NCBI GenBank assembly: GCA_013265495.1
Contig: MU058009.1
Location: 1,614,001-1,678,000 of the forward strand
Reading direction: 5' to 3'
Origin: Vicugna vicugna
Lineage: Eukaryota
Length of the DNA stretch: 64,000 nucleotides
The translations under genes and the position numbers were made by a program. The notes under the pieces were generated by a model. It saw only the letters and a program-made list of their open reading frames with translations, was not told the DNA's origin and did not search any database. Shown piece by piece: positions 24,988 through 35,570 of the stretch (position 1 is its first letter; each line of letters begins with the position of its first letter).

Positions 24988-26735
24988 TGTACACACCACC
25001 AAGATCTGAAATCCAAGAGCCTAAAACCTTCCAATGCTATGTGGGGTCTTAAAGCACCATCTGGGTCAATAGCTTACAATTCTGAGACAGAATCAAATAC
25101 TACAGAAAAGAACCATGGGAACAAAGCTGAGGGGCAGTAAGAAGCCCCCTTTCCAGGGTCCAGTGACAGGCTTGGCCCCAAGCAGCAGAAACTGGAAAGC
25201 ACCTGGGAAATATGACGAAGTTGACCAAAGAATCAATAAACACTTACAGCTTGGACAGCAGTATTTGCATTATGTCTGTAAGCACGGCGCCCTGACAGTG
25301 AAACTGGATCATCTACTGAACCTACACTGCAGATCAGTTTCTTTCTGTGTCTGCGTGGAGACGGTCAACTACACAAGGGAAAGAAAAGGTGGCACAGACA
25401 GGCACAGAGCTTCAGGAAAGTAGCCAAGGAGAACCAGCCCGTGTAGGCAATTTGAAAAACATCTTCTGGCCATCTGAAAAGTAAAGATCTCTTCAAACTA
25501 ACTGAGAAAAAGCAAAATGTAGCCACAGATACATGACAAGTAGAAACGATCGATGGGGAATTGTCTTGACATTCCTCCCCCTAGCGAAGAAGAACTCAAC
25601 AGCTGGAGGCAAAGGGTGGCCCTGCAGTGCTGTGAACAGGGAGGCCAGTTCCGTCTGGGCAGGGAAAATGGGCCAGCACGTCACTGTGGAGCAGCCAGAT
25701 AAAAAACGTCGGGCCTGTGTTGGGAACGGACAAATTCCTCTCTGTGATGCCTGTGTGGGCCCACGGGGATTCCTTGTTTGGAGAAAATGCTCCCCATGAG
25801 GCAGTAAAAGAGGAACTGAGACCCATGGACAAGTCGCCAGGGAGTCTGCTGGCTTCTCTCTCAGCGGTGAGCGTGGAGGGCGGGCAGGTCTGCAGGTAGG
25901 GTCCCGGGCTCGACTCGCCTCCTTGTGCCAGAACAGCTACAAACAAGGTGCCCCGGCCAATGAGATGGATGTAAAAACCCTACACTTCAGGGCAGGAAAA
26001 ATAAGACTTGTTTGCTGTGCAGACCACAAGTGTAGGTACCTATGGCCTCCTTGCAAGAAGGAAAATTAAATTACATCTGTGCTAAGAAAATGAGCCAGCT
26101 GCTGATCAGGGTCTCTGGTCACCCACATCATGGGTGACATTAAGTGCAGAGCTGTGCTGGTGATGAAAGAAGTAAAACAGGGAAACATCAGGAGGCTCTG
26201 GGAAGGATGTGAACTTGGAAGTGAACATAATCGCATCCTCACCTGTAAGAGAACTGACTCCATCTGGAAGACATCAGAAAACCAAGGAGCCTGGTTCTCT
26301 GCTTGGGGATATCAGGCAAGCATTGCTCAAACCTTCAAACATCTTCTTAAATCAACATTACCTGGACTGCCAGGCCCGGGGAGAGAGCGTGTGGGACAGG
26401 CCCTTTCCCCAGGCTCAGAGGAGTCGTGCAGGATAGCAGGGGCCCCTGAACCCCCAAAGCACTGACCACCAGTGCCATCTCCTTCCCCCTCCTTAAATTC
26501 CCCAAGTTTCTGTGAGTAACACGATGCTTTATTTTAGGCAGAAAATGCTTGCAAGAGCTCCTCAGTTTTCAAGTTTCTAACAGTGTGGCCTTGAACAAAT
26601 CAGACGTTTCTCTGGATCTCACCAGCCTCATCTGAAAACGGACAGACTAGGAGGTCCCCACCCCCTAGAGCTGTTGTGAAGTGTGAAAGAGCCTGGCACA
26701 CAACGCAGGCTCAATATGTGTTTCAGAAATATCCC

Positions 26736-26837
26736 GGGGGGTGGGTACAGTTCAGCGGTAGAGCGCGTGCTTAGCGTGCACGAGGTCCTGGGTTCAAGCC
26801 CCAGCACCTCTGTTAAAGTAAATAAATAAATAAATAA
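26736..26837 (+). mobile_element. tRNA-Ala-derived SINE, short copy with (TAAA)n tail
   Basis: GGGTACAGTTCAGCGGTAGAGCGCGTGCTTAGCGTGCACGAGGTCCTGGGTTCAAGCCCCAGCACCTC followed by aataaataaataaataa. Confidence 0.85.
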
Positions 26838-27689
26838 GAAACATGCTCGCCACTTGTGACTGGCAAGACTCTACCTTCATTGCAAGCTCAGGGGGTGCCA
26901 ACACAGCCTTGGGTCCCTCACCCCGCAAAGCAGAGATAGCTGTCATTACACTGTCGCTGTGGCCAGTGTTGACTTATCTGTGCTCTTTGCAACAGGGAGC
27001 CTCCTTTTCTCAAAACTCCCTGACCTACACTAACCAGCTCTTGGTTTTGCAGGGATTTTGATGGAGCTCAGAGCAAACGGGGCTCTGGGAGGCTGACCAC
27101 GGGCTGGTTTGTCTCCTAGAGGGAGGTGATCCCGCTACAGGGTGGTCTGGTCTCTTTAAGAAAGAAAAAAGTTACATAGACAAAAAAAAAAAAAACCAGC
27201 AACACAAACCAACCAAAAATGCCAGGAATGCAAGCTTTGCCAACCAAATAAATAAATAAGATGTGAGGTACTTTATAATAACTGGACACGATGCATTTCT
27301 CAAGCCTGCATAACTAAAAAACTCTACTTTTCCATCAACCGCACAAAGTCCCCGACCCCCACCCCTAATCTTGGTGGCCTTCTTGCCCAGAGGTGGCCCT
27401 GACAACCTCCGCCACCCAGAGTAGCTGACTGATGCCTGCATCGGTAAGCGACAGCCAGGCCCTGGAGATGCTCCGACACTGAGAGTTACCTGGCTCGCTT
27501 TGTTTGCTGCTGGAGCACAGAATGGAGCTTCAGGGCCGTGAGATCTCAGCGAGGCAGGTGAAAAATTTCTCTTTAACTTCAATCTTATTTGGCTCTCAAG
27601 TAAGAGGTTGGGGGAGGTGCACAAGGCAGCTGCAGCCCCTACAACACATATCAAGGGCCCCTGGAAATTCTGCAGCCACCAGGGTCATT

Positions 27690-27900
27690 TTTTGGTTGTT
27701 ATGACGGGTCAGCACTGTGATGGGCACACGGCAGCAGACCTAATTCTCACCTCAGCCCTGCGACATACGACGATTATTGCACTCATTTTACAGGTGCAGG
27801 AGCTGGAGCACAGAGAGATTAAGTAATTTGTCCAAAGGCACACAGCGAGAAGTGGCAGAACTGAGATTCAAAGCCACCAGGGTCCCTGCTCTGCAGCCCT
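27690..27900 (-). mobile_element. MIR
   Basis: cattttacaggtgcaggagctggagcacagagagattaagtaatttgtccaaaggcacacagc...gagattcaaa. Confidence 0.75.
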
Positions 27901-30900
27901 GGGCTCATGGTCACTACTGGCAGATGGTCTGGGGTGGGGGAATCCTGGCAGCTCTGCCCCCTCTTCCTTGTCTGCGCTGATGAAGATACAAAGACTGGCC
28001 AAAGGCGCTGGGAGAGGGGCAGAGCTCCTTCCTGTCTCTGAGGACGGAACAGGTCCCCGAGGGGCAGACGGGGGTGGGGGCGGGGGGTGCTGATCCTCTC
28101 AGTCTTGTAAAAGAGCCAGAACAAGCACCTCTTCTCCGGGCATTATGCTCACCTCACCAAGAAGGCAGAGTGAGGATGGAAAGAGAAAATTAAGCGGCTG
28201 TGGAATGTGTTTGCTTTGGCACCCAGCCTCCACCCCTCCTCAGCAACTCCACACCAGGAGGGAACTCCATGGACACTCAGTGGCTTTGTTTGTTTTAACC
28301 CATTTAAGATCTGAGAACCTGGCTATCCTGTACTACAGTCAGCATGATATATCCAACTTTGCACTTGCAAGGAAAATTCAATTCCCGCGTTATTTCCAAG
28401 CCTATGTTAATTTGGTACTTAAAGCTGTCAAACTCCGGTGAGGTCTCAATCTAGAATAAAAGTGAATAAAGGTTCTTGATCATGTCCTAGCCACTTTTAG
28501 GTGGAGGGGGTGCAGAATTCCGGTTTAATTATTTAAGCCAGATCAGTTCCCAAACTAGTTGTCTCCACACATAAGCAACTAAACAACCCGAAGAATCATT
28601 CTGACAAATATTTAAGTCACAGCTGTGGACACAAAGCCACACTGTGAGGAGTTAAACTTTAAACACATCCTATATGGTCTGATGGGCAGAGCAAATCCCC
28701 ACTCAGCCAGTATCTTTTCCCACCAAGAAAAGCAGGCGGCCCGGGGCCAAGGCTTCCTCCATCCCTGCACCTGCAAGTCGAAGTCTCAACTGAAGTTTCT
28801 CTGCTAAGCTTTGCAGAGGTGCCTTGCAGTGTTACTCAAGGCAGTGTGCACTGAGAAGGCAGAAACAGGGCTATATTTCACTTGAGCTGCTGGCTCACTC
28901 GATATTCTTAGGGAAGTAACTGACCTTCTCTGTGCCTCTGTTTCCCTTTCTGGGGTATGGGTATAATATTCAAGTATATCCTACTAAACAGCCAGAAAAT
29001 AATCAACTCACACTTGGCTATTATATTCTATATATATTTTCAAGTTTCTCTCTTTATTTTCCCCAAGATAGCACCAGAAATCAAATCTCGTTACAATGAA
29101 TGGCAGAAGGCTGCCCAACTCAATCGGTTGAAATTTTCTTGTGTTGAAGGTTGCTGACAAAAATTTAATCAGTGGCTTGGAAACCTTTTTTGCAAAAGAG
29201 AGGCACTGTAAAAGCACTTACTATAATGGGTGATGACTGTAGCATTAGGCCTCACTGTCCCCATTTTACAGATGGGAAAGCCAAGAAAAGTTATTTGCTT
29301 GGGGTTTATTTTTATCAATAACCAACAGAACAGCACCATATATGTAAAGTCTCTAATATTTACTATTACATTACTACCCCCCAAAAAACCCTTCTGCTGC
29401 TTACTGTGATCTAAAACATGTATTGTTAGGGGCCCTTTTCCCTCCCAGCACACCAAATCCATCGCAGGTTCTTGGACTGACAAATCTGCACGATACTTCC
29501 CAGACGACCAAATCTGTCTCTTCCCCGCAAACACACATATAAACAAGCCCTACTTAAGGGAAGGATCTATTCGTTGAGACGAGCCTTTCACTTCTTTAAA
29601 TGGTTTGACTCAGTTGTGACTGACAGAATTTATGCCGGCTGCTCTGAACCCCTAAACCCAACATCACTGCATCATCATTTCAGAACTGTAGCTCTAAGCG
29701 CCTGAAATGTCTCCACGGTTCATCTCAGCATCCCTGTGACAACAAGCAGGCTTAGTCTTCCTGCACCTCCCAGTGAGCAGCCCTAGGCTTGAACACTGGG
29801 AGGTCTAAGAGGGGAGGATGGGGTCTCTATTAACATTTCTGAAGGATCTCCAAATGACAAAATGTCAGCCTGGCTTGTGTTGAAAGTTGAAGCAGATTAA
29901 GAAAGGGTTAAAATAAGCAACTAATTATGGCGGAGGCAGAGAAGTGTTAACCACGGGAGCAGCAGCTAAACTTATGGATAATCGGATACAACAGAGCAGC
30001 ATGTTACTGCAATTCATTATTTTCCGGAAAGCATCGCCTTCTCCCTGCATCTTTCTATATACCTTTACCTCCAAAAATCACTAACCTCTAAGCATACCTC
30101 GAAGTTCCCTATCTTAAAGGAAAGCATCTTTTCTTCTCCAGTCGCACTGATTCCAAGAATTTGGGAGAGCTTAAGTCCATTAAACTGCTTAGCACCAAAA
30201 GCCGTGTCCGAGACAAAATGAAATTTCTTTCTTATCCCCTTCTTCCTCAAATCCTTCAAACCCAAGAGTTGGATAACACAATGACCAAAGACCTAAAGTC
30301 ACGTTTGGTGCTGGAATCTCTTCCCTCGTCTAACAGATCTTTGGTACCAGGGGACAAATTTACAGCAGATTAGAAAGATGGATAAAGTGAGGAATCTGCC
30401 TGTACAGACTCGGGATGTTTCCCGGAGTTAAGATGGTCATTTCAGCTCGCCTCCCAGCTCCTCGTCCTCAACCCAGAAAACAGGAGCTAGACAGCAGAGA
30501 CATGTGACAGGGGAGCACGGGAAGGCAAGATATTGAAAATGTGCTTGAAGGCCAGCCAGTTAGACACGTTTGGGCTCTCACTACCCAGGGCCCTCCAACC
30601 AGTTCCAATTCTGGGGGACGCGAGGTCAGTGGGTGATGTCCTAGGTGGCAGTGTCCACCCACCTAACGTTAAGGAATCGGGCCAGAGGGTTCGGGCTCAT
30701 TTGGAAAAATAAAAAAGCAGGAATGAGGGTACTAGACATTCTGTAAGCTTTTTCTCACTACTCACAAAAACACAGCTGTGAAAAGAAATACCACCCCCCA
30801 AACGCGGGTCTCAGGCCACCAACAGCCCTCCTCCTCAGCCTCTGTACCTCTCCAGCTGCCACCGGCATCGCCCCGCTCGCTGGGGCAGAAGCTCAGGCAG

Positions 30901-30999
30901 ACGCGCACCTCCTGGAAAGGAAGGGCGAAGCAGGAGAAGTGGAGGCGACCCCGGCCTCTGGCCAAGAGCTGGGGTGGGGGCTCGGCAGTCACCACTCAC

Positions 31000-31081
31000 C
31001 CGGGGAGGGGAAAAGCTCCAGATCCACTTTTTCCGTCTTGATGATTGTGAGAGTCGGTTTGAGATCGACGGCCGCCTTCAT
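31000..31081 (-). CDS. ETS1: ETS proto-oncogene 1, first coding exon of the major (p51/p54) isoform; 27 codons + 1 nt, MKAAVDLKPTLTIIKTEKVDLELFPSP
   Basis: The reverse complement reads GCACC-ATG AAG GCG GCC GTC GAT CTC AAA CCG ACT CTC ACA ATC ATC AAG ACG GAA AAA GTG GAT CTG GAG CTT TTC CCC TCC CCG G|GTGAGT. The peptide is the recognised ETS1 N-terminus. There is a Kozak A at -3, an in-frame TAG 10 codons upstream (31109-31111) and a canonical phase-1 donor. Confidence 0.98.
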
Positions 31082-31450
31082 GGTGCGAGGAGTGGGGGAC
31101 AGACAGGACTAGAGCAAGTTTGCTGTTATTCTTGTTGCTTTTCTTTTTAACGGGGATCAGTAACAGGGGAAAGGGGACGGGGGGAATCGGACCTTCTTCC
31201 CTAAAATCTCAAATTCCCGCTGACTTTCCCCCGCGCCCAGAAGGTGAGCGCCCGGAACTCTCTCCCGGGTAGTTGGCACTTTGCGGGAAAGTGCGCGCGC
31301 CCCGGTCCCCGCCTCGCCTGCGCCTGGCCGGCTCCCTCCTGGTCCTCGCCCGGCTCCCTCCTCTCCGCGGGCAGCCGCCTGCGCTCGCCCTCGCCCTCGC
31401 TCTCCCGAGCGCTCTCCCTCCCTCGCCCGCCCGCTCTCCCCTCCTCTTTG
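31082..31450 (-). other. ETS1: 5'UTR of the ETS1 p51 first exon (TSS position approximate)
   Basis: GC-rich sequence contiguous with the ATG, with no upstream ATG on the minus strand in this interval. The upper boundary is inferred, not seen. Confidence 0.7.
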
Positions 31451-31960
31451 GGGCGTTCCTCGCGGCGCCGAGCCGGGGCCCTGGGTCTGCGCGCCGGGCC
31501 CCGCCCCCCCCAGGATCTCCGCCGGGGGGGGCGNNNNNNNNNNNNNNNNNNNNNNNCGCGCCCCCGGGGCCCGGCCGCCGGCCGCTGCGCGCAGAGCCGG
31601 CGGGCCGCGGAGCCCACCGCCCCGGCGGGAAGGGCCCGGAGCGGGCGAGCGGGCGAGCGGGCGTGCGGGCTGGGGTGCCCCGGCTGCCTCGACCCTTCGG
31701 GGAAGTCCGTCCGATTCTCCACGCATTCTTGACGACTTGGTCACCCGCTCCCGCCCCCTCCCAGGAGCGGCATAGTTTTCCCAGTGCGTGTACATCTTTT
31801 TTCATTCACAAAGACTGACACACAGGACGTGAGGCATGCGGCGGAGGGGCGTGCGTGCGAGCCGGCACAGGGGGCTCCGAGCCAGTGTCCTCAACAGCTC
31901 TGCGAATATTGGAGTCGGGCCGGTTAGTGAGTCAGGAATCGGGACCGTATCGCCGGAGGA
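31200..31960 (-). promoter_or_regulatory. ETS1: CpG island / TATA-less GC-box promoter of ETS1 p51
   Basis: Very high GC and CpG density, multiple GGGCGG/CCGCCC boxes, ETS core GGGGAAGT near 31699, AP-1 TGAGTCA at 31928-31934 followed by GGAA, and no TATA box. It sits immediately upstream of the coding exon. Confidence 0.9.
31534..31556. other. Assembly gap (23 N) inside the promoter CpG island
   Basis: Run of n characters flanked by G/C homopolymer-rich sequence. Confidence 0.99.
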
Positions 31961-33817
31961 GCCTTCAGTTTTTCAGAGCCCACCCCCTCCCCACCCGTGG
32001 AGTCGTTAAGAAATCAGTTAAGAGATGACGGGGGCGGCACTCAAGAGCAGCCCTTCATAAGGATCAAGCCCAAGGCAGCCTCCTGGAGACCCCGAAACAA
32101 AGACCCGGCGTCTTACTGGAAGAGCCAAGAACAGGGCCCCCGAACTAGAATCCAGTCACGGGCATCCTTGGGCTTCCTATGGCAGTGGACGGGTGCGAGG
32201 CAGAACTGTTTTTCTCCTCCTCTATGTCACCGTTGACCAAATTTTTGTCTTTCGTTTCAGACTCTCCTCTGCTAGATAAAACTGACAAGCTACCTAACAC
32301 CAGCATCAAAAACGTGCCGTCAAGGCTCTGTGGTTTTGAATTTCTGGAGCGCACCATTTGCAGACGCCATTGTGCATGACAGACGCTCGATACACAGCCC
32401 CTTTTCCCATTTGGGAAGTCCAGACAGTTTGGATACTGCTGCACGATCCTGCATAATTAGTGATTTGCCACTGGTTCGGTGCTTATCGTAAATGGAGGTC
32501 GTTGGCCTAATTAACAAAACAACATGTAGACACAGAGGTGCAAATGTAGACACATCCATGTACAGCTGGAGCCAGGCTCTGATATCTATCTTCGATTAAC
32601 TAGAAGATTAAGCAACAATCTTTCTGCACAACCTCAGAGAAAGCTATTTTCAATACTGATTTCTAAGCATAGGTTGAACTCCCACCACTTGCCCGTAACT
32701 GTAATCTCTGCCTCTGATAAGTATTAACACACCCGTTTACCTTCATCTAATCCCAGTTTTGCCCCCTTGAAGTATCAGTAACTTGCAGGTTTCCCACAAC
32801 AAAGGAGGGAAGGAGCCAGGAATAGGAGAGAAATGCCAGGCTGCTGGTTCAAACCCCAGATTATGCCCCTCCTCCAGCGACCAGAGGAAAGTAACTTGAA
32901 TAGGATCATCCTAATTTTTGAAGGATTGTGGTAATTCGGCTGTGTTTCCAAAAGAAAGCACTGCTGGCCCTCAGACAACAAGAACAGACCCGTCTGATCC
33001 TGAGGAAAGCTGAGGGGGTGAATTGTGCATTTACGCATCCAAGTGAGCAGCGAAGAAAAGACCCTTGAGCCAATCCTGCCTTACCCGCTGTGAATACATC
33101 AGAACTGTGCAAATGGAGTTGCTCTGGGGAATTTTATTATATTGATTTTGTGTCAATTTCAGTGCTGGTGTTTTTTTAATCCAGGTGTGAGGACTCTTGT
33201 TTCAAACGTAGCTTCCTCAGAGCAAGTCCTGTCTCTCTCCTCCAGTCTGTTCTTTAGCTTTCTTCCCCGGGCTAGCCTAAACACAGTTGCTAAAACCCAC
33301 AAAAGTTAGACACTAAAAGAGTCCGCCACGATTAGCCCGTAAACACTGTCCATTCCAGCAATGAGGAATGTATTCCTTCAATTCTTCAAAGATGACAGTT
33401 CAAGTTGTCAATCATCCTTTCTAACCCAGACCTGAAGCACAGAAGCTGGAAATGTTTGAATGTGCAAATCAAGAAATGGGGTTTGGGAGATGGCCAGGGG
33501 CCACCACAGACCTCCAGGGAAGTTAGTGCTACAGGAGGCCAATTGCGAATACTGATGTTATCAGAAGTTATGCATCTGACCTCAGATCTGGGGAAAATTT
33601 CACTTTGGACAAGGAGCACTACTGTGGATGAGTTAAATTATTTCGACATATTTGAGATACGAATAATCCAATCAGGCCCTCAATGATCACACTTGATTAA
33701 TCTGATCAATTTTGATAAATGAAATTTTTTATTCTCTTTGGGACCCAAGTAGGTTTTTCTAAACGTTCTTATGGACTTCAGATGCTATCTTTCTTACCGC
33801 ATCCTAAAAAACAGGGC

Positions 33818-33872
33818 CTACCCCAGTGCCTGGCACATTGCAGATACTCAATAAACACGCGTTGAATAATGA
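33818..33872 (+). mobile_element. L2 3' terminus
   Basis: ccagtgcctggcacattgcagatactcaataaacacgcgttgaataatgaa. Confidence 0.6.
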
Positions 33873-35344
33873 ACTACCAACTTCCTGGTCACTAGGGACC
33901 TTTACTTTGCGACCAAGTCTTTCTAATTCAAAGGTTAAGTGAGTTTGATACCCAATGGCTTCTGAAAATGAGCTTAAAAATATCAGCAACTCTGCCTCCA
34001 GGTCTGCCCTTTGTCTACAATAAGCTTTACTTCCCAGCAGCCCACGTCCACCCAGTTTCACTTGTGTGTCAGTTCCCCCCCCCAGCAAAACAAGATCAGC
34101 TGAACTTTGCCTTCCATCCACTTGGGCAAGTTGTTTCAAGACTACATATGATTTTTGAGGCACTCAAGAAAAATCAACCAGGGAACTACTTTGCTTTTGC
34201 CTGTAACGCAGCAGTCTGCTCCTCCTGCACTTGGGAGAAAACAGAATTGTATTTTCAAACGTTCCCAAGACTGAGGGCATTACATCCAGCAAGTGCTGAA
34301 ATGCCTTAAACTAGAAACATCACGTCAAAGGTGTTTTAAAAAAAAAGACTGCAGGAGTTGAGGACGGGGGTGTGGAGTTAGACGTTCATGACATCAAGAA
34401 AACAGTCACAATTTTACAAGAATTCCCTCAAAAACATGGAGTATGTAAAAAACATAAACTCTCTCTGTTACACTCCTCCCTCAACTCCACCCCAACCTCA
34501 ATAAAAAAGAAATAGAAAAATACACCAATTTCAAATAATTCTGGAAAACAGGCGTTCCCTCTTCAGAGCCTGCTGGAATAAGTTATTTGCCTACTTCCTG
34601 AATCTTGAACGTCAACAAAATGCAGAATCTCTGTGTTTTGCGCTAAAATGCGCTTTATTAGAGGTAGGTGCAAAAACATTCAGACCACTAACGGCTCCTC
34701 CAGAGCAAGTTTATGACTCACAGATGTTGATTTACTGGTTTAAATGTAAGATTGGAAAAAAAAAAAAAGTCCTCCATTAGCAACCTGCCCGCGTTGAGTC
34801 TGTGGTTGTCTTTCTCTGAGAAAAAGGCAGCAGCCCCCGTCACACGCAGAAGCAGGCTTCTGCAGCTCGGCGCTGAAGCGAGTGGTTGCTGAGCGATACG
34901 TTGAGTCACTGAAACGCCCGGTGAGGGAAGAGAGATGCCCGGGGCTCCGATAGCTACCATTACGGAGCTGCAGTAAAATGGAAAATTGGAGAAAATGAAA
35001 AGAACTCTCTTAATTAAACTCTGATGCCAAAAGGCCTTAGGGTCAGCTCAGGAACCCAAGTCGGGTGGTGGGGAGGGGGCCTCGGAGCGGTGCTGTCGCT
35101 GGCTGCACGCTGGCTCTGTGACCTCACCAAAGCCACTTAACCTTTTTGTGTCACAACCTCATCTCTGTTTCAGGGAATAAAATCACCCCTGGCTCTCCCA
35201 GCCGTGCAATACAGACTCATTAACTATTGTTCAGAAGGTACAATAAACAATGAGCGATAAGTTAGCAGGGAAGCTGGGAGGGGGTGGGGGGGCCTGGGGG
35301 CCAGTTGGCCCTGAGAAATCTCCCCATGATAAAACCAAGATGAG

Positions 35345-35570
35345 AGGGAGTGGTGTGGACTCTGGAATAAGACTCAGATTCAAATTCCAGCTGTACCAAC
35401 CGAGCAGCTGAGCGACTACATGTCAGTCACTTAAACAATCCTAGGGCCTCAGTGCCTCCCTGTTTAAAGCAGGGTGGTTTGGAGGATGAAATGAGATAAG
35501 GCGTGCGTATCATTAGCACGGTGTCTAGGTCAGAAAAAAGAGCTCAATTAAAGTTAAGTCATTGTTGCCG
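35345..35570 (+). mobile_element. MIR
   Basis: ggactctggaataagac...ttcaaattccagct...gtcacttaa...gggcctcagt...ggatgaaatgagataa. Confidence 0.7.

Larger units (their letters stand above)
1..30999 (-). other. ETS1: ETS1 intron downstream of the p51 first exon (continues beyond base 1)
   Basis: Begins GTGAGT at 30999 on the minus strand. The next ETS1 exon (DMECADVPLLTPSSKEMM...) was not found in 1-30999. Confidence 0.85.

Noticed and set aside
26740..26812. Apparent tRNA-Ala(AGC) gene
   Set aside because: The acceptor stem and D-arm are imperfect, it has an A-rich tail instead of a T-run terminator, and there are three related copies in the window. It is a SINE.
31475..31560. Possible orthologue of a GC-rich human microRNA annotation (MIR6090, recalled as lying in the ETS1 promoter)
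   Set aside because: The recollection cannot be verified here, the region runs into the N gap, and no clean pre-miRNA hairpin can be demonstrated.
31157..31818. Six overlapping 160-210 aa ORFs on both strands
   Set aside because: These come from stop-codon depletion in the CpG island and run through the N gap. They are low-complexity Arg/Gly/Pro/Ala text. The true CDS starts at 31081.
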